From an uncultured Microbacterium sp. (lineage in GTDB: Bacteria > Actinomycetota > Actinomycetes > Actinomycetales > Microbacteriaceae): DNA of 64,000 nt. The DNA lies in the NCBI GenBank assembly GCA_964616805.1, contig CAZTUC010000014.1:2718-66717 (forward strand), read 5' to 3'. The notes below the pieces were generated by a model, which was not told where the DNA came from, did no database searches, and worked only from the letters and a program-made list of their open reading frames with translations. Within the stretch, counting starts at the first letter, position 1; each line of letters begins with the position of its first letter. Below are positions 59,206 to 64,000 of the stretch, in pieces. The position numbers were made by a program, and so were the translations under genes.

Positions 59206-60767
59206 GCGAACGGTTTGCAGCAGTCTGGGTGCCCAATTGGCCACTGCACAGTGCGCTCTGGGGCGAAATCGCTACGTTGGGTGAAACCGCCTCCACGAGC
59301 GAGGCCGTTGAGCGCACGCTTGCGGCAGTGCTCCACGCAAACCGAGTGCTTTCGTGCACGACCGCCGCGAGCGCGGTGGGTGTTCGGCGGGGGCAGAGCC
59401 GCCGCGAAGTACAGGGGCTTGCCCCGGGCATCCGACTCTTTCGGGTTGACACCGATCGCGATGAACGTGCTTTTCGTCCTGTGCTGAACCTCGTGCGTGA
59501 GCTCGTGCCCGAAGTGTATTTGTTGCGCCCCGGGTTACTGATTGCCCGTGCGCGCGGGCTCGCCCGGTTCTACGGCGATGAACACCATGCTGCGAGCGCA
59601 CTGAGTTCTGCCCTGCACACTGCCGGGTATGTTTCGACGCGCATTGGTTTTGCCGACGATATGTTCAGCGCTGAGCTTGCCGCCCGAATGGCACGCGCGC
59701 TGGGGCAAACCGCACACCGTGTGCCTCCCGGTGCGAGTGCGGCGTTTTTGCGCCCGTTACCGGTGAGTGTGCTGGGCGATATCGAACTGGCGAGTTTGCT
59801 CGTACGGTTGGGGATTCGTCATCTCGGCGAGTTCGCCAACCTCGACGAAACCGATGTTCGCACCCGGTTCGGCCCGCAGCGTGCCCTGTTGCACGCGCGT
59901 GCCCGCGGACTCGATTCGCGTTCGTTTCGCAATACCGAACCTGACCCACAACTTTCTCGAGCGATCGCGTTTGAACCCGCCCTCACGGGCGCAGATCAGG
60001 TTGCGTTTTCGGTTCAGCAAACCGCCGAAGCCGTTCTGACAGCACTGGCCGAAGCGCAACTCATTTGCACAGCGGTGCGCATCAGCATCCGCTTTGAAAA
60101 CGGCAACGAAGATGCGGCGCAGTGGTTGCACCCAACCCACTTCACCGCGAGTGAACTTGTGCACCGGGTGCGCTGGCAGCTTGAAGCGCTGCGCGATCGC
60201 GAAGAGGCTGAGCCTTGCGGCGTTGTCGGTGTCACAATTGCGCCAAGCGATGTCGATGATGTGCGCGGTCATCAAACGGGGCTGTTCGGGCATGGTTCAG
60301 ATCAGCGTTTGCATCACGCACTCACGCGTGTGCAAACAATGCTCGGCCACACGGGGGTGCTGACCGCACATCAGCAGGGTTCTCGCTGGTCGGGTTCTTC
60401 ACACGCCTTGGTTCCGTGGGGTGAGCGCGCCCCACGCGCCACTCAGACCGCAGCACAACCATGGCCGGGGCGCTTGCAAACAGCCGTTCCCAGCGAAGTG
60501 TATGAGCCCGCCCGATCAGTGCACATTGAGGGTGCGGATGGCGAGCCTGTTTCGGTCGATGAACGCGGCAACCTCAACACCACCCCGGGGCGCATCAATG
60601 GTGTGCCGATAACCGCGTGGAATGGCCCGTGGCCAGTTGCAGAAAAACTCTGGCACCCCACCGCGGCACGAAACGCTTACCGTTTCGAAGTTGTTGACGA
60701 GCGCGGTCATGCCTGGTTGGTGTATCTCGAACACGAGGCGTGGTTCGCTGAGGGAAGGTTTTGCTGA
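59202..60767 (+). CDS. imuB: ImuB (inactive Y-family polymerase homolog)
   Basis: VWVPNWP, GVRRGQSRREVQ, RLGIRHLGEF, RVQTMLG and PWPGRL; lies between imuA' and dnaE2. Confidence 0.88.
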   Translation: MSERFAAVWVPNWPLHSALWGEIATLGETASTSEAVERTLAAVLHANRVLSCTTAASAVGVRRGQSRREVQGLAPGIRLFRVDTDRDERAFRPVLNLVRELVPEVYLLRPGLLIARARGLARFYGDEHHAASALSSALHTAGYVSTRIGFADDMFSAELAARMARALGQTAHRVPPGASAAFLRPLPVSVLGDIELASLLVRLGIRHLGEFANLDETDVRTRFGPQRALLHARARGLDSRSFRNTEPDPQLSRAIAFEPALTGADQVAFSVQQTAEAVLTALAEAQLICTAVRISIRFENGNEDAAQWLHPTHFTASELVHRVRWQLEALRDREEAEPCGVVGVTIAPSDVDDVRGHQTGLFGHGSDQRLHHALTRVQTMLGHTGVLTAHQQGSRWSGSSHALVPWGERAPRATQTAAQPWPGRLQTAVPSEVYEPARSVHIEGADGEPVSVDERGNLNTTPGRINGVPITAWNGPWPVAEKLWHPTAARNAYRFEVVDERGHAWLVYLEHEAWFAEGRFC

Positions 60768-63700
60768 TGGCATGGCATAACCCGCCCGTTCCCTGGTCTG
60801 AGATTGAGCGTACGCTCAGCATGCGGCCGGGCGACGCTGCACCAACGCTTTCCGCTACCGAACACGTCCTCAGCCGCAAACGTGCCCGACCGGAACCTCC
60901 CACCTCGCGGGTTTCCTATGCCGAGTTACACGCGCATTCAAATTTTTCGTTTCTTGACGGCGCTTCCTCCCCCGAGGAACTCATTTACGAAGCAGAACGG
61001 CTCGGGCTCAACGCCCTCGCCTTGACTGACCACAACGGGTTTTATGGTGTTGCACGGTTTGCCGAAGCAGCCGAGAAGACCCGGGTTCGAACCGTGTTTG
61101 GAGCAGAGCTCTCGCTCGGGTTGCCGAGCAAAAGCACCCCGCAACCAGATCCCGTCGGCGAACATCTCCTGGTGCTCGCACGCGGTATCGAGGGGTATCA
61201 CCGGCTCTCACGCATCATCACCGCGGGGCAATTGCGCGGTGGGCAAAAAGGGCGCCCCGTGTACACGCCCGAAGAGATCGCTGAAGCATCCGATGGGCAC
61301 CTGCAAATTTTGAGCGGATGCCGCAAAAGCTCCCTCAATCGTGCGCTAGCAACATCCGATGGCCAAGACACATTGCAGGGTCTGGTCGAGTTGTTTGGGC
61401 CAGCAAACATCGCGATTGAGCTGACCGATCACGGCGACCCAGCACAACTCGTGCGCAACGACCGGCTTGCTGGTCTCGCGCACGAATTCTCGTTGCCGAT
61501 TGTCGCGACCAATCAGGTGCACTACGCAACCCCCGATCGTGCCCGGTTGGCGCAAGCTATGGCTGCAGTACGGGCGCGCAGCAGCATGGCTGATCTTGAT
61601 GGCTGGCTGCCAGCACACGGTTCAGCGTTTTTGCGTTCCGGGGCTGAAATGCAAGCCCGGTTCACCCGCTACCCGGGGGCGCTCGAGCACAGTGTGCGCA
61701 TTGCTGAAGAGTGTTCGTTCGAGTTGCGTCGCGCAAAACCCGCGTTGCCGACCCTGCCGGTTCCGGCAGGGCACACCCCGATGTCGTGGCTTCGGCACCT
61801 GGTGTGGCAAGCGGTACCGAAAAAATACCCGGATCTTGATGCGGCTGGGCACGATCGCATCGACCGTGAGCTGCGGGTTATCGAAGAGAAAGATTTTCCG
61901 GGGTATTTCTTGATCGTGCACGGCATCGTACAAGAGGCCCGGCGGCGCGGCATTCTGTGTCAGGGGCGTGGTTCAGCCGCCGCGAGCGCGGTTTGCTATC
62001 TGCTTGATATCACCGCGGTCGATGCGATCTTTTATGGGTTGCCGTTTGAACGTTTTCTTGCCACAACGCGTGATGAAGAACCAGATATCGATGTTGATTT
62101 TGATTCCCGACGCCGCGAAGAAATCATCCAGTGGGTGTACCAGCAGTATGGGCGTGAGAATGCCGCCCAGGTTGCCAACGTTATTCAGTATCGACCGAAA
62201 AATGCTGTGCGTGACATGGCTCGCGCGCTCGGGTTTTCGCCCGGGCAACAAGACGCGTGGTCAAAGCAGATCGACCACGGTGCAATCAACAGCGAAAATG
62301 ACATTCCAGAACCTGTGCTCGCCTACGCAGAAGAACTGCTCGGCGCCCCGCGACACTTGGGGATTCACTCGGGCGGCATGGTGCTGACCCGGCAGCCCGT
62401 GGGCGAGGTCGTTCCGGTTGAGCACGCACGCATGCCGGGGCGCACAGTTATTCAATGGGATAAAGACGATGCCGCCTGGATGGGTCTGGTCAAATTCGAT
62501 TTGCTTGGGCTCGGGATGCTCTCGGCCATTCAACACTGTTTCGATCTCATCGAACACGCCACCGGTGAAACCTGGTCTCTTGCGACAATCCCAAAAGAAG
62601 AACCGGCGGTCTACGACATGCTGTGTCGCGCCGATTCGATCGGTGTTTTTCAGGTGGAATCGCGCGCACAAATGGGGCTCCTCCCCCGTTTGCAACCGCG
62701 CTGTTTCTACGACCTCACGATTCAGATTGGGCTCATTCGCCCGGGGCCAATCCAAGGCGGTGCGGTGCACCCGTTTGTGCGACGCAAAATGGGCAAAGAA
62801 CCCGTCACTTACGCGCACCCAATCCTCAAACCCGTGCTTGAGCGCACACTGGGGATTCCGGTTTTTCAAGAACAGCTCATTCAGATGGCTGTGGCGCTCG
62901 GTGATTGTTCAGCCGATGATGCCGACACGCTGCGCCGTGCGATGGGTTCAAAGCGCGGGCTTGAGCGTATCGAAAGCATCCGCACCCAGTTGTATTCCGG
63001 GATGGCTAGGCACGGGCTGAGCGCAGAAGAATCCGATCGCATTTTTGCCCAGATTCAAGCGTTTTCGCACTTTGGTTTCGCCGAAGCACACTCGCTCTCA
63101 TTCGCGCTGCTCGTGTATGCCTCGTCGTGGCTCAAACTGCACTATCCGGCCGCGTTTTTAGCGGGGTTGTTGCGGGCCCAACCGATGGGGTTTTACTCCC
63201 CCGCAAGTCTCACCGCCGACGCACGGCGGCACGGTGTGCAGGTGCGGCGCCCAGACTTGGCGCTTTCAGGTGCGCTCGATGGCCTCGAACCACTGGGCGA
63301 CAAAACCCCACAAGCACCAACCGGGCTCGACTCATGCCAAGCATCGTTCCCCGGAAAAGTGCCCGAGTTCGTCATCGGATGCCCCGACCCAACCCCCACG
63401 CACCGCCGTGACGGGTATGCCGCGGTTCGGTTGGGGTTGGCTTCTGTGCGCGGCATCGGAACCATCGTTGCCGAACGCATCGTGACCGAACGCGAAACGC
63501 ACGGCCCCTACCGTGACGCACATGATTTAGCACGGCGCGCAAACCTCACCCAAGCGCAGCTTGAAGCGCTCGCAACCGCCGGTGCGCTTGCAAGTTTTGG
63601 ACTCTCGCGCCGCCAGGGTGTGTGGCTGGCTGGGGCTGCCGCATCCGATCGTCCAGAGTTTTTGGAAGGAACCGCCATGCACATACAACCACCCCTGTTT

Positions 63701-64000
63701 ACTGATCAGAGCGCTCGCGAACGATTGACCGCCGACTTGTGGGCGACGGGTATTTCGGTTGATGATCACCCGTTTGCGCACTTGCGCTCTGGTTTGGATG
63801 CGCGCGGTGTGCTCACGTCGAACGAAGTGCGCACATTCGAGGTGGGCCGGCGGGTGAAAGTGGCGGGTCTCGTGACGCACAAGCAACGCCCGTACACGGC
63901 ATCCGGCATCACGTTTTTGAACCTGGAAGACGAACACGGTCAGATCAACGTGGTGTGTTCGCCCGGCGTGTGGGGCAGGCATGTGCGAACCGTTCGCGGA
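60767..64000 (+). CDS. dnaE2: Error-prone DNA polymerase DnaE2 (ImuC), 3'-truncated by the window edge
   Basis: MAWHNPPVPW, YAELHAHSNFSFLDGAS, CQGRGSAA, EEPDIDVDF and GITFLNLEDEHG all in one frame; missing from the ORF track because no stop lies in the window. Confidence 0.93.
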   Translation, partial: MAWHNPPVPWSEIERTLSMRPGDAAPTLSATEHVLSRKRARPEPPTSRVSYAELHAHSNFSFLDGASSPEELIYEAERLGLNALALTDHNGFYGVARFAEAAEKTRVRTVFGAELSLGLPSKSTPQPDPVGEHLLVLARGIEGYHRLSRIITAGQLRGGQKGRPVYTPEEIAEASDGHLQILSGCRKSSLNRALATSDGQDTLQGLVELFGPANIAIELTDHGDPAQLVRNDRLAGLAHEFSLPIVATNQVHYATPDRARLAQAMAAVRARSSMADLDGWLPAHGSAFLRSGAEMQARFTRYPGALEHSVRIAEECSFELRRAKPALPTLPVPAGHTPMSWLRHLVWQAVPKKYPDLDAAGHDRIDRELRVIEEKDFPGYFLIVHGIVQEARRRGILCQGRGSAAASAVCYLLDITAVDAIFYGLPFERFLATTRDEEPDIDVDFDSRRREEIIQWVYQQYGRENAAQVANVIQYRPKNAVRDMARALGFSPGQQDAWSKQIDHGAINSENDIPEPVLAYAEELLGAPRHLGIHSGGMVLTRQPVGEVVPVEHARMPGRTVIQWDKDDAAWMGLVKFDLLGLGMLSAIQHCFDLIEHATGETWSLATIPKEEPAVYDMLCRADSIGVFQVESRAQMGLLPRLQPRCFYDLTIQIGLIRPGPIQGGAVHPFVRRKMGKEPVTYAHPILKPVLERTLGIPVFQEQLIQMAVALGDCSADDADTLRRAMGSKRGLERIESIRTQLYSGMARHGLSAEESDRIFAQIQAFSHFGFAEAHSLSFALLVYASSWLKLHYPAAFLAGLLRAQPMGFYSPASLTADARRHGVQVRRPDLALSGALDGLEPLGDKTPQAPTGLDSCQASFPGKVPEFVIGCPDPTPTHRRDGYAAVRLGLASVRGIGTIVAERIVTERETHGPYRDAHDLARRANLTQAQLEALATAGALASFGLSRRQGVWLAGAAASDRPEFLEGTAMHIQPPLFTDQSARERLTADLWATGISVDDHPFAHLRSGLDARGVLTSNEVRTFEVGRRVKVAGLVTHKQRPYTASGITFLNLEDEHGQINVVCSPGVWGRHVRTVRG

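Noticed and set aside
60767-64000. dnaE2 missing from the ORF track, suggesting a pseudogene
   Set aside because: The N-terminal and window-end motifs are in the same frame and the track lists no stop-terminated ORF in that frame. The gene simply runs off the window.

Overview
Core chromosome of a high-GC actinobacterium. Gene order and protein motifs point to Microbacteriaceae (an inference; no database search was run). In order, the window carries: the cytochrome bc1-aa3 supercomplex genes (ctaE-qcrCAB and convergent ctaCDF, with an ornithine-cyclodeaminase-family gene between them); HesB/IscA; an M20 dipeptidase; DUF3043; a hypothetical-hisD-nrdR-pyrD operon; dnaE; the dcw cluster (mraZ to ftsZ, then yggS, sepF, yggT, divIVA, lspA, rluA); a polyprenyl synthetase; Rv2175c-like and pknL; class II DAHP synthase; plsC-like; fadD; def; a ParA-family ATPase; the garA-ftsR-MerR cluster; copC; lpdA; CYTH; a prepilin peptidase; about 6 kb of uncharacterised envelope genes; and the imuA'-imuB-dnaE2 mutasome, with dnaE2 cut off by the window edge. 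I found no rRNA, tRNA, CRISPR array, transposase or integrase. Most notable: (1) QcrB carries a ~205-aa C-terminal extension ending in a helix-hairpin-helix (COG3743-like) domain; (2) the replicative dnaE and the imuA' operon share a PafBC/RecA-NDp-type promoter (TGTCAG-N10-TANNNT); (3) a FecR-domain lipoprotein is coupled to a membrane protein with a degenerate site-2-protease-like motif; (4) murE is missing from its usual slot in the dcw cluster. Several starts were moved from the ORF track using RBS or -10 positions.
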